DNA of 64,000 bases from NCBI GenBank assembly GCA_963830915.1, contig CAWHOE010000045.1:1-64000 (forward strand), written 5' to 3'. Below, piece after piece: positions 39,529-49,861 of the stretch (position 1 is its first letter; every line of letters begins with the position of its first letter). This stretch comes from a candidate division FCPU426 bacterium. Its GTDB lineage: Bacteria; Oederibacteriota; Muellerivitia; Muellerivitales; Muellerivitaceae. The position numbers and the translations under genes are program-made. A model generated the notes under the pieces. The model was given only the letters and a program-made list of their open reading frames with translations. It was not told the origin of the DNA and ran no database searches.

Positions 39529-42500
39529 ATGAGAAAATTTTATATAAAACTCACACTAAAAACGTTTGCGGTTTTTGCTTTGGGTTATTTATTTGCCGTT
39601 TCAACGGCTTTTTCGGCGGTAACCATCACTGGGCTTACAGTTACCCCGGCTACCTTTTGCCCAGGTGACACCATCAATGTTACGTTCAATGTTTGCAACG
39701 ATAATCAATATTACGCTCCGCCAGGGGATGTGATCATTGTCCTGGAAAACGAATCGGTAATTCCAACGGCGCCTACCACATTTGGGAATACGACCTTATC
39801 GAGCGGTTCGTGGGAATTGCTTGATACGGCGGGTGTCATCAACCCGCCTTCAACCACTTGGTTGAATACCGGGGGTTACGCGACCAACCCTCCCGAAGCG
39901 GTCGTAAATGGAACTCCCCTTTGTAAGTCGGTTACTTTCAACCTGGTGACACCCATTACTGGGATGAAATACGGGACCGGTTACCGTGTCCACCTTGGTT
40001 ACCAGGATAACTACGTTAACTTCACTCCGGCTCAGGATTATTACTTCAATCTCACCAGCTGTATCCCCGCCCCGAACGCCACCATCAACAAGCAAGCGGA
40101 GGGTGTGGCGAATCCGGGCGATCCCATCCTCTATATGTTGAATTATAACGTGGTCAATTCCACCAACGTCGTATTGAACGATCCTTTGCCCGCCGGGGTG
40201 ACATTCGTGGCGGCTTCCCCGGGATATACGGGTGTTACCCCCGGCACCGTGTGCCCTTGCAATGTCACCTGGAATTTGCCCAACGCCGACGGGACGGCGT
40301 CAACCCCGTACAATATTGTCGGTACGGAATGGATCGAAGTCCAAGTCCCCAACGGCGCTGTCAGCGGGACTTGGATCAATAATACGGCCAATATCACTAC
40401 GACCCAACAGGGGGTGGTGAATTCGGACGCGGTCAGCCTTCAGGTTTCTTCTGGCCTTAATATCTCTGTGAGTAAACAACAATTGGACGCGCAAGGGGTC
40501 AATCCGATCTCGTCACTCAGCTCAGGCCAGACCGTCACCTACCAGCTTAATTTCACCCTTTCAGGTCTTGGCCTCAAGTGTTTTGAGAGCTTTGATGAAT
40601 TAACGACTGGCGCGTCCTCAAGCAACCCGGGGCTCGCTGATTGGACTGCGGTAACGGAAGATAATCTCGGATCGACCTCAGCCAATTGGCAAGTCCTGCA
40701 AGACCCGTCCGGCAATAAATATCTCAAGGCTACCACCAGTAATTATGGCTACCTTGAATACGACTGCCCCAACATGCTCAACGCGGACCAGAATTATTGC
40801 GAGGGTACCATTGAAACGGACGCGTATATGGGAAGCGTCAATACGGATATGGGCATTCTGGTTCGATGGAAGACGGGAAGTTCAGGGACTGGTGCGAATG
40901 GTTACCGCGCTATTTGGGTCGTCATGTCCAAGGATCCGAGCTTCGGTGCGAGCAATGGGCCCAATTGCGGTGGCAACTTGGCTTTGCAATTCAATTGGGG
41001 GCAAGGCGGCGCTGGAGCTTACCGGGATGTATTGGCTTGTTATACGGCCCCCACCCCGCCGAATGACCTGCAATGGTACACTATCAAAATTGTCACGACC
41101 CAGGTGGGATGTGCGATGCGTTACCAGGTGAAATATTGGGTGAGGGGAACACCGGAGCCCCCGGCTTGGATGATTGACTATACGGATAGTTCGGCTATCG
41201 CCTACCCAGGTGATCCCACGAGCCACGATTATTGCACCGGCGATTGGGCTTGCGAGGGAGCCAGCGCCCCGACGAACGTCTGGCGGCCCGGCATCGGCAA
41301 CCAGGGCGATTTGAACGCCTTCGATAATTTCAGGGTTTTCGCCAATAATTACCTGCAGAACGGGGTGTTGACCGACACGGTCCCAACCGGGATTACCTAC
41401 TCCAGTATTACTTCGGGCGTCGGGACTTACACTCCTCCCTTTGTGCAATGGGATTTCACCGGAAACCAAAATGGGGCCACTAGCGGCAAGATCTACGACG
41501 CTTCCGGGAATATGACCTGGCAGGGAGTGGCCAATTGCGCGGCTGGGGTAGGCGCGGTCACCAATATCGGCGCTTTGACCGGACAAAACACGCTTGGGAC
41601 AAGCGCGGGTGTTTATAAATCCAATCAAACCATATTGACCATGATGTGCAGCTCTCCGACGGATACGCCCACACCCACTAACACCGCTACTAATACCTCG
41701 ACCCTGACCCCAACCAATTCGGCGACGAATACGGTCACTAATTCACCGACTTACACTCCCACCAACACGAATACGAAGACCCCCACCTTCACGGCTACCA
41801 ATTCGGCTACGGTGACCCCGACCATGACCGCGACCAACACAAGTACCAGCGCCAATACCCCGACGAACACCTCGACCTCTACGGCGACTTACACTCCCAC
41901 TAGTACCAATACGATCACACCGACCAGCACCACCACCAACACGGTAACCCCCACTAATACCAAAACGAACACAGATACGACCACACCCACCTCAACTCAG
42001 ACCGATACCCCTACTAATACACCCATCATTACCAATACACCCACCAATACCCCCACTAATAGCGCTACAAATACCTTAACTAAAACACCTACGAATACCT
42101 CGACGATGACCGACACATTTACGACGACCTTAACAGCGACGAATTCCAACACGACCACCCCAACCAATACAAACACCAATACTATTTCCCCGACCGATAC
42201 CATTTCCCCAACCGATACGGCGACAATCACGTATACCTTTACACCAACCAATACCGCTACCCCAACCAATACGTCAACGACTACCGATACATTTACAGCC
42301 ACACCGACCAATACCAATACAGCACTTAACACATTCACGAATACCGCGACCACAACCGATACCTTCACCGCTACCAATACGGCGACACCGACGAATACCT
42401 ACACACCGACTGATACGAGTACCTCGACAAAAACCGCGACCAATACGGATACCCTGACGGCGACAGCCACATCCACATCGACCTTTACCTTTACCCCGAC

Positions 42501-43836
42501 GAATACCGCTACCTTAACCTCAACGCCGACCCCGACGACCGGGATAACCTTGAACAAGTCGGTCGACCAGAATTCAGCCCAATCGGGTGATGTTTTGCTC
42601 TATACATTGGACGTTAAGGTTTCTGGGGGAACGGCGACAGGAGTGGTGGTCCAGGACGCGCTTCCAGCTAATGTGACCTTCAATTCATTTGTTTCCGCGC
42701 CCACTGGCACAACGCCGGTTTATAACGCCGCCACCTCCCAGATGACTTGGAATCTGCCATCAGCCTTGCCTGCGGGGGAATACAAGATCCAATATGAAAC
42801 GAATGTCAACAATTTCATCATGGGAGGGGCCATCCTCAAGAATTGCGCGCAATTGACTGCTTTGGGTTTGTCGGCGCCATTGACCAGTTGCGCCAATGTG
42901 ACAGTGACCGGTAATTACACGGTGCGCATTGGGGTTTATAACGAGGCCGGTGAGTTGGTGAAACAAATATTGATCCAACAATATTCCCAACCTATCAATA
43001 GTATTACCCTTGAATCGAGCAATACCATTACGAGCCTGCATGGGGCCAATAGCGTTATCAATATTTATTACGAGGGTTATGAGATTGGCACTTGGGATGG
43101 CACGACGACCAGCGGTTCGCCGGCTCTCAATGGGATCTACCACATCAAGGTGGATAATGTGGATAGTTTAGGAGTGGTGAAAACTACCACATTACAGGCG
43201 GTCGTCAGCCGAACGCTTTATACATTAGCCGTTCTTATCTATAACGAGGCAGGGGAAGTCATTCGCCATCTTTATACCTATGTGGATGATCCTGGGTTGA
43301 ATAATGTTACCAGCATGAAATTATCCACTAACATCATTGTTCCTTCGAGTGGATCTCCTTCTACGGGAATGCCAGGGGACCTGTCTATAACTTTAAATAA
43401 TGGTATGGCGGTGACCTGGGATGGCAAAACCGACAATGGATCTTATGTAAGTACCGGACAGTATTTCGTGGAAATACATTCGCAGGATGGCCAGGGGGGT
43501 GGAGAAACGGTCTTGACCCAGGAAGTTTCGGTCCTGGCCACGAATCGACAAGTGGGAACGGGACAGATCACGGCGAGCCCGAATATATTGAACACATCTA
43601 ACGGGTATCTGACGACTTTCACCAGTGATTCATCCTTGAACTTGACCTTGACAGTAAAGATATACACTGTGGCGGGGGAACTGGTGAAATTCATCCCTGG
43701 GGATCCTGGCAGCAACAAGGCGGTTTGGGACGGCTCGACGGTCGCTAGCGGTCTTTATATCGCCGAGATCGAATCCAATTATATGACCGGCGGTTTGGCG
43801 AGGATCCAGACGACCAAGATAGTGGTAGTCCATTAA
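39529..43836 (+). CDS. Paralog of 34754-39202: DUF11/lectin-like + stalk + FlgD-Ig-like repeats + class II CTD
   Basis: C-terminal half highly similar to the preceding gene; MRKFYIK signal peptide. Confidence 0.75.
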   Translation: MRKFYIKLTLKTFAVFALGYLFAVSTAFSAVTITGLTVTPATFCPGDTINVTFNVCNDNQYYAPPGDVIIVLENESVIPTAPTTFGNTTLSSGSWELLDTAGVINPPSTTWLNTGGYATNPPEAVVNGTPLCKSVTFNLVTPITGMKYGTGYRVHLGYQDNYVNFTPAQDYYFNLTSCIPAPNATINKQAEGVANPGDPILYMLNYNVVNSTNVVLNDPLPAGVTFVAASPGYTGVTPGTVCPCNVTWNLPNADGTASTPYNIVGTEWIEVQVPNGAVSGTWINNTANITTTQQGVVNSDAVSLQVSSGLNISVSKQQLDAQGVNPISSLSSGQTVTYQLNFTLSGLGLKCFESFDELTTGASSSNPGLADWTAVTEDNLGSTSANWQVLQDPSGNKYLKATTSNYGYLEYDCPNMLNADQNYCEGTIETDAYMGSVNTDMGILVRWKTGSSGTGANGYRAIWVVMSKDPSFGASNGPNCGGNLALQFNWGQGGAGAYRDVLACYTAPTPPNDLQWYTIKIVTTQVGCAMRYQVKYWVRGTPEPPAWMIDYTDSSAIAYPGDPTSHDYCTGDWACEGASAPTNVWRPGIGNQGDLNAFDNFRVFANNYLQNGVLTDTVPTGITYSSITSGVGTYTPPFVQWDFTGNQNGATSGKIYDASGNMTWQGVANCAAGVGAVTNIGALTGQNTLGTSAGVYKSNQTILTMMCSSPTDTPTPTNTATNTSTLTPTNSATNTVTNSPTYTPTNTNTKTPTFTATNSATVTPTMTATNTSTSANTPTNTSTSTATYTPTSTNTITPTSTTTNTVTPTNTKTNTDTTTPTSTQTDTPTNTPIITNTPTNTPTNSATNTLTKTPTNTSTMTDTFTTTLTATNSNTTTPTNTNTNTISPTDTISPTDTATITYTFTPTNTATPTNTSTTTDTFTATPTNTNTALNTFTNTATTTDTFTATNTATPTNTYTPTDTSTSTKTATNTDTLTATATSTSTFTFTPTNTATLTSTPTPTTGITLNKSVDQNSAQSGDVLLYTLDVKVSGGTATGVVVQDALPANVTFNSFVSAPTGTTPVYNAATSQMTWNLPSALPAGEYKIQYETNVNNFIMGGAILKNCAQLTALGLSAPLTSCANVTVTGNYTVRIGVYNEAGELVKQILIQQYSQPINSITLESSNTITSLHGANSVINIYYEGYEIGTWDGTTTSGSPALNGIYHIKVDNVDSLGVVKTTTLQAVVSRTLYTLAVLIYNEAGEVIRHLYTYVDDPGLNNVTSMKLSTNIIVPSSGSPSTGMPGDLSITLNNGMAVTWDGKTDNGSYVSTGQYFVEIHSQDGQGGGETVLTQEVSVLATNRQVGTGQITASPNILNTSNGYLTTFTSDSSLNLTLTVKIYTVAGELVKFIPGDPGSNKAVWDGSTVASGLYIAEIESNYMTGGLARIQTTKIVVVH

Positions 43837-43904
43837 GTAGAATTTTTCTTTAAAACATCGGGTTTAATATATCGCTAGGGCTCTTATTGTTCAGATTAGC
43901 CTAT

Positions 43905-43917
43905 GGAAAGCGCTTCC
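43905..43917. promoter_or_regulatory. LacI/cre-like operator candidate
   Basis: ggaaagcgcttcc about 140 bp upstream of the sigma54 site. Confidence 0.5.
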
Positions 43918-44057
43918 TGTTTTGTCGAATCTAAAACAACGAATGTCGGTTTTTTTAACACTCCCCTTTATTTTCTCCTTATAATTTCACTGAAACGTAC
44001 AGGTCACTCAAAAAATGGGTGTTATGCCTTTAAATTGCCCTTTCATTTGTGGGGGAA

Positions 44058-44077
44058 AAGGGCATAAAAATTGCATT
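44058..44077 (+). promoter_or_regulatory. sigma54 (-24/-12) promoter
   Basis: aagggcataaaaattgcatt, one mismatch to the other two copies. Confidence 0.8.
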
Positions 44078-44190
44078 TGTTCATAAGGGACAGAACAAGA
44101 AGCCTGGCTCCAGTGAAAATTGAATCGTTCCCAGGCCGCTTTTTTAAACGGGGCAATATAGAAAAAAGGGTTATAAGGACCATTCAAACC

Positions 44191-46614
44191 ATGAAAATAT
44201 CCCGAAACATTCAAATAGCCTGGAAGGTTTCCTTGATCCTTCTGGGGATTTTTTTGAATCTCACTCCTCGAACCGTGATAGCCCAACCAGCCCAATTGAT
44301 GGTCTCGGGCAATCAGATCGTGACCGCCAGCGGGGGCTGTACGGTTCGTTTTAAAGGCGTCAATATCGACAGCTTGGAATATAACAGCGTCGGAGATGGC
44401 CCTTCTGGGGATATCCTCACGGCCATACAAGCGGCCGTTACCGGTTGGGGCGCGAATATCATCAGGCTTCCCTTATGTCAGGACCGTTGGTTCGGGGTCG
44501 CCAACACCAACAACAAGACAGCCGCTTATTACCAATCCCTTGTTCAAGGAATCGTCCAGTATTGCTCCACCAACAATGTTTATATAATCTTGGATCTTCA
44601 TTGGTCCGGCACATATAGTGGAACGGCCCCTACGGCACCTGTAGCGGGAACGAATGGATGGGGTACCGCCACCGCTCAACAGGTTATGCCGGATTGGAAT
44701 AGTGTCACCTTTTGGAGTTCGGTTGCCAGTACTTCTTGGGTTCAAAATAATCCCGCTGTTCTTTTAGACCTCTATAACGAGCCTCATCCGGACGCCAGCT
44801 TGGGATTCCCCAATGATTGGAATTGCTGGTTGTCTGGTGGTAGCACCAGTAATACGCCTAGTCAAACGCCTGGAATGCAGTATCTTTTGAACACCATCCG
44901 AGGGGTTGGGGCCAATAACATGGTGATCGCGGGTGGTCTCCAGTTCTGCCAGGATTTAAGCGACATCAATGTTTACGGTCTTACTGATACGGCTTCTGGG
45001 TATGGCGTTGTTTATGGGGCGCATATCTACGGGAACACTACCGGTGATACCAATACCAAATGGAACAATCAGATCGCGACCTACACCACCAAACATCCGG
45101 TATTCGTCGGGGAATTCGGTCCCAGCACCAATTGCAATACGGATGATACGACTTTTGACAGTAATTTTTTTCCGTGGCTGAACGGAAGCAACGTCAATAG
45201 TTATGTTTTCCCCGGTGGGACTGGTTGGTCATATCATCCTTCCTCTTGCCCGAATATGCTCAATTCGGATTGGGTGACGCCCACTAGTTGGGGAACGGTC
45301 GTGAAAAACTGGCTGGCAACGCCTGTCCCCACTTGTCCGACCGGACCGGTTAATACTCCTACTTTCACCAATACCAAAACGAACACTCCCACTTTTACCC
45401 CTACCAAGACATTCACGCTCTCGTTCACTCCGACCAATAGTTTTACTCCAACCAATACCCCCACATGGACCAACACAAAGACCGCCACCAATACCTTCAC
45501 CTCGACCAACACCCCCCAACCGCCAACCGACACACCGACCTTTACATGGACCAATACCTTTACGGATACATTCACATCAACCAATACCCTGCCGGCCGGA
45601 ACCAACACCAATACACCTGTTAATACGGATACTCCGACCTTTACCTCCACACCTGATCCGACCGATACCCCGGGCTCCGGTTCAACCAATACTTTCACGG
45701 TGACACCCGACCCGACCGATACCCCAGCCTCGGGGTCCACCAACACACCGTCGTTCACTACGACACCTGATCCTACCGATACGCCTGGGTCGGGTTCCAC
45801 GAATACCCCGACCGCCACCCCGGTTACCGCTCAAGTTAGCCAGGGCCCGGCTGCCCCGCCATCTTCCATAAGCGATTTAAGCGGTTCAGCGGGCGTTACT
45901 GTCGCGGAGCCTAAGATCAACAACCCTAGTTCGGGCACGTTCACGATGACTAGTCTGATCGTGACTGAATCAGGTAGCCCCGCTTCGGATATTACTTCTC
46001 TTATTCTTTCGAGGAATGGAACCACCTTAGCTGTGGCGAGTTTTGCGGGATCCACGGCGACATTCAATTTTTCCGATGTGGTTCCGATCAACGGGTCAGC
46101 TATTTATGACATTGCCGTTAATTTCTCGTCGACCGCGGTCGGAACTTATCAGTTCTCCGTTTTGAACGCGGTGGCGACGAACGGACAAAGTATCAATTTC
46201 AACGGGTTCCTCTTGCCTGGCGCCCAGGTAACCGTCAGTCAAGCAACGCCGACATTGACCTTCAGCCCGACTTTCACATCTTCTCCAACCTTTACGCCAA
46301 CCTCTACCCCATCATCCACACCGACCACCATACCTATCACGGCCTCTTTTCCCAATCCCACCAATGGGCGTCCTGTGGAGGTCGACATCGATACGCCCTC
46401 CAACGCCTTGATCAAATGGGATGTTTTCACCGCGGCCTTCCGGAAGATCAGGGGCGACGCCCGTAATTACAGCGCGGGAGTCGTCCGAGTGATCTGGGAC
46501 TTGCGCGATTCGAAAGCTTATCCTGTTTCCGATGGGATTTATTACTTACGGGTCCAAGTCGATAACAGCGCCGGCCGTAAGGTCGTCATCAATAAAGTGC
46601 TCGTCATAAGATAA
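44191..46614 (+). CDS. Secreted GH5 glycoside hydrolase + stalk + Ig-like module + class I CTD
   Basis: ANIIRLP, LDLHW, DLYNEP, HIY, VGEFG; ATG 44191 gives a signal peptide. Confidence 0.88.
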   Translation: MKISRNIQIAWKVSLILLGIFLNLTPRTVIAQPAQLMVSGNQIVTASGGCTVRFKGVNIDSLEYNSVGDGPSGDILTAIQAAVTGWGANIIRLPLCQDRWFGVANTNNKTAAYYQSLVQGIVQYCSTNNVYIILDLHWSGTYSGTAPTAPVAGTNGWGTATAQQVMPDWNSVTFWSSVASTSWVQNNPAVLLDLYNEPHPDASLGFPNDWNCWLSGGSTSNTPSQTPGMQYLLNTIRGVGANNMVIAGGLQFCQDLSDINVYGLTDTASGYGVVYGAHIYGNTTGDTNTKWNNQIATYTTKHPVFVGEFGPSTNCNTDDTTFDSNFFPWLNGSNVNSYVFPGGTGWSYHPSSCPNMLNSDWVTPTSWGTVVKNWLATPVPTCPTGPVNTPTFTNTKTNTPTFTPTKTFTLSFTPTNSFTPTNTPTWTNTKTATNTFTSTNTPQPPTDTPTFTWTNTFTDTFTSTNTLPAGTNTNTPVNTDTPTFTSTPDPTDTPGSGSTNTFTVTPDPTDTPASGSTNTPSFTTTPDPTDTPGSGSTNTPTATPVTAQVSQGPAAPPSSISDLSGSAGVTVAEPKINNPSSGTFTMTSLIVTESGSPASDITSLILSRNGTTLAVASFAGSTATFNFSDVVPINGSAIYDIAVNFSSTAVGTYQFSVLNAVATNGQSINFNGFLLPGAQVTVSQATPTLTFSPTFTSSPTFTPTSTPSSTPTTIPITASFPNPTNGRPVEVDIDTPSNALIKWDVFTAAFRKIRGDARNYSAGVVRVIWDLRDSKAYPVSDGIYYLRVQVDNSAGRKVVINKVLVIR

Positions 46615-46728
46615 TTTTCTTTATCGTTTCAACTATGGTATATGCACGTGTTACGAAAAGTCCGGTCCTGGGATTTTTCTTATATTTAGCGATAGAATAA
46701 ATAGGTGAAATATTAGAGAGGATAATGG

Positions 46729-49662
46729 TTGATCAAGACATCCGAGTTATTTTCCGTACCTCAAAAACAAAATCGTCATTGTGTCATCCTACTTTCCCTG
46801 ATAGCGCTTTTTTCGTTCTTGCTCCCCAAAGCTATTTTCGCCGCAGCGACCGCTGATATCCAAGTCGATCAAGTGGGCTATCTTTCCAACGAAACCAAAT
46901 TAGCCATGGTGACGAACACTTCCGCTTCCGGCACCTTTTATCTTGTTTCAACTTCCGGGCCTACCACCGTATTGACCGGCACCCTCAGCGCGACCAACAA
47001 CGACTCGGATTCGGGACTGGCGATCCGTTACGCGGACTTTTCGTCCGTGACCGTCACGGGCAATTACTATGTTTACGCGGTGGGGCTTGGACAAAGCGTC
47101 ACCTTCGGTATCGGGCCCAATGCCCTTTCCAACGCTTTTTACGAGACCATGCGGTTTTATTTCGTCCAACGCTGTGGGATGGCGATCACGGTGGTGAACG
47201 CGGGAACCACTTGGATCCACGGGGCCTGTCATACGACCGGAGCGGCCGATTCCGATGACCCAGCCACCTACCATTCCTCCACAGGCAAGACCGGCACCAA
47301 AGTCAGCACTCAGGGCTGGCATGACGCGGGGGATTACGGCAAATACATCGTCAACGCCAACATCTCGGTCGGGGAACTTTTGTGGGCTTTTGAGTGGTAT
47401 AAATCGGCTTTAAGTTCCTTCAACTTGAATATCCCCGAGTCGGGTAATGGAACGCCGGATATCCTGAACGAATGTAAATGGGAACTGCAATGGATGCTGA
47501 CCATGCAAGAGGCGAACGGGGGCGTTTGGGCCAAAGTGACGAGCGCGGGATTCCCCGCCGGGCCTCCCACGCCGGTTATGCCGGAAAATGATAACGCCGG
47601 CACCCGTTATATCATTGGAACGGGGAATGCCCCCTATGAGGACGCTGGGGCTACCGCCGGTTTCGCAGCGGTCATGGCCATCGCCTCCCGGGTTTACCAA
47701 CCTTATGACTCGACATTCGCCAGTACTTGCCTCACGGCCGCGGAGAACGCCTGGACATGGGCCAATGCCAACCCCAATTCCACGGTTTCCGCCAATCCAA
47801 CGGGAATAACCACGGGTGTTTACAACGACAACGGCAATAGCACCCCATCCTATCTTCTATGGGCGGCGGCGGAACTTTACCGAACCACAGGGACGGCCAC
47901 CTATAACACCTATTTCATCAATAACTATAACAACGCCGCCTGGAGCTACCTGATCAAGGCGACCGAGTATCCCCAGGACTGGACCAACACCAAGAACCTG
48001 GCCTTTTGGTCCTACTATTTTTCGGGCCAATCGGGTGTGAGCGCGGCGGTCACGACCGCCATCTATAACGCCACCTTATCCACGGCCCAGGCCGTCACAA
48101 CCCGGCAATCGACCGTTGGTTACAGGGTCAGCCTGGAAACCAGCGACTATATTTGGGGTTCCAACGGCGGGGTGGGGAATTACGGGATCCTTTTATTGAT
48201 GGCCAACGCCATGAGCCCCAACGCCAATTACGTCCAGGCCGCCCTGGACGATGTGCATTATTTGCTGGGCCGAAACGGGAACAAGATGTCATTCGTGACG
48301 GACCTGGGGACCAATTTCCAGATGAATCCCCATCACCGCCCTAGTTGGTCCGATGGTATCACTTTGCCTTGGCCCGGCATGCTTTGCGGAGGACCTAACG
48401 CGGGCGGCGGCGACGGGATCACCCCAACCTCCGCTGGCGGAACCAAGCCGGCGCTTTGCTATATCGATAACAACAACGCCTACGCTTCCAACGAGGAGGC
48501 GATCAATTGGAACTCACCATTGGTCTTTGTCCTCGCCAGTACTTTGTCGGTCGGGACTCCGACCCCGACTTTTACGACCACGGCCACATCGACCTTAACA
48601 AGAACACCGACCGCCACTTCAACCCCGACGCCCTCGAACACTCCTTCCAACTCGCCGACCAATTCATCGACATCGACCGCCAGTATGACCGCGACCAAAA
48701 CACCCACGACCACATCAACTTGGACACCGGTGAATACCTTTACGTCCACCGAGACCAGTACGCCCACTTCCACCTTCACATTGACCGCGACCAATTCGGC
48801 CACCAAGACCGCGACGGATTCGATGACGCCTTCCGCGACCGCCTCCCGGACCCCGACGGCCACATCAACAATGACCGATTCGGCTTCGCCTACTCCGACG
48901 CAAACGGTTTCATTCACTCCGACGCGCACCCCCACATCCACCGATACGATCACCTTCACGCCCACCGTTACCTTCACCCCGACCAACAGCCAAACCGGGA
49001 CCTTGAGCCCCAGCTTTACCCCAACGATGAGCTATACCCCGACGATCACCCAGACCTGGACAGGGACCGCCACCTGGACCCTCACCGATACTTCCACCGA
49101 CACGCTGACTTCCACCCGAACGGCAACACCTACGCCGACACCCAGTTCAACTTACACCCCGACCTTTACCTCCACGACGACCTCTACCCTGACCTCCAGC
49201 CCGATCAACACCAATTCAACCACTCCCACTTTCACGACAACCAAAACGGCTACCCTGACACCCACGGCCACATGGACGGTCCCGCCAGCCTTGACCAGCA
49301 CGCCTACCTTTACTGATACGGTTGCGCCCACCCTGACACTAACGCCTACGATGACCTGGACGCCCACGGTCCCAGTTGGCATCGTCCTGCTTCCGCCCTA
49401 TCCCAATCCTTCCTGGGGTGACGGACCGATCAATTTTGAGGTTGCGACAGCGGGACAAGGTACGCTCAAGTGGTCGGTTTTCACCGTCTCTTTCCGGAAG
49501 GTCGCCTCGGGAATCCAATCCATCGATGGGTCCGCAAATTTCCAATGGGACCTGCGGGATCGATCCGGAACAAAAGTCTCATTGGGGCTTTATTACGTTC
49601 GTATCGAGGTGGTGGGGACTGGCGGCTCGATCAAGAAGATCTTCAAAATCCTTGTGCTCTAA
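46729..49662 (+). CDS. Secreted GH9 glycoside hydrolase with N-terminal Ig-like domain + stalk + class I CTD
   Basis: VDQVGY, QRCG, GWHDAGDYGKY, LLGRN, PHHRPS, YASNEEAINWN. Confidence 0.92.
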   Translation: MIKTSELFSVPQKQNRHCVILLSLIALFSFLLPKAIFAAATADIQVDQVGYLSNETKLAMVTNTSASGTFYLVSTSGPTTVLTGTLSATNNDSDSGLAIRYADFSSVTVTGNYYVYAVGLGQSVTFGIGPNALSNAFYETMRFYFVQRCGMAITVVNAGTTWIHGACHTTGAADSDDPATYHSSTGKTGTKVSTQGWHDAGDYGKYIVNANISVGELLWAFEWYKSALSSFNLNIPESGNGTPDILNECKWELQWMLTMQEANGGVWAKVTSAGFPAGPPTPVMPENDNAGTRYIIGTGNAPYEDAGATAGFAAVMAIASRVYQPYDSTFASTCLTAAENAWTWANANPNSTVSANPTGITTGVYNDNGNSTPSYLLWAAAELYRTTGTATYNTYFINNYNNAAWSYLIKATEYPQDWTNTKNLAFWSYYFSGQSGVSAAVTTAIYNATLSTAQAVTTRQSTVGYRVSLETSDYIWGSNGGVGNYGILLLMANAMSPNANYVQAALDDVHYLLGRNGNKMSFVTDLGTNFQMNPHHRPSWSDGITLPWPGMLCGGPNAGGGDGITPTSAGGTKPALCYIDNNNAYASNEEAINWNSPLVFVLASTLSVGTPTPTFTTTATSTLTRTPTATSTPTPSNTPSNSPTNSSTSTASMTATKTPTTTSTWTPVNTFTSTETSTPTSTFTLTATNSATKTATDSMTPSATASRTPTATSTMTDSASPTPTQTVSFTPTRTPTSTDTITFTPTVTFTPTNSQTGTLSPSFTPTMSYTPTITQTWTGTATWTLTDTSTDTLTSTRTATPTPTPSSTYTPTFTSTTTSTLTSSPINTNSTTPTFTTTKTATLTPTATWTVPPALTSTPTFTDTVAPTLTLTPTMTWTPTVPVGIVLLPPYPNPSWGDGPINFEVATAGQGTLKWSVFTVSFRKVASGIQSIDGSANFQWDLRDRSGTKVSLGLYYVRIEVVGTGGSIKKIFKILVL

Positions 49663-49861
49663 CAAAACTTTTATTCGAAAAAATGCTGGTTTGTTTTCGA
49701 CGCTTGATTCACACGTGAAAAAGCTAAAGTTTCATGTTCAAGTCTTTTTTCGACAAATATCACCTCGCTCGGACCGCACGGCCTAACGTTTCGTTCGAAA
49801 AGTTTTTTTATGGTACATTTTTCATATGGATTCCATCCTTGATCAGTGAAACGGCCGTAAC

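Noticed and set aside
34754..43836. Diversity-generating retroelement TR/VR pair
   Set aside because: Differences are mostly synonymous and not adenine-specific; no reverse transcriptase in the window
44071..44190. ORF-track N-terminal extension of the second GH5
   Set aside because: The TTG lies inside the sigma54 motif; ATG 44191 gives a proper signal peptide
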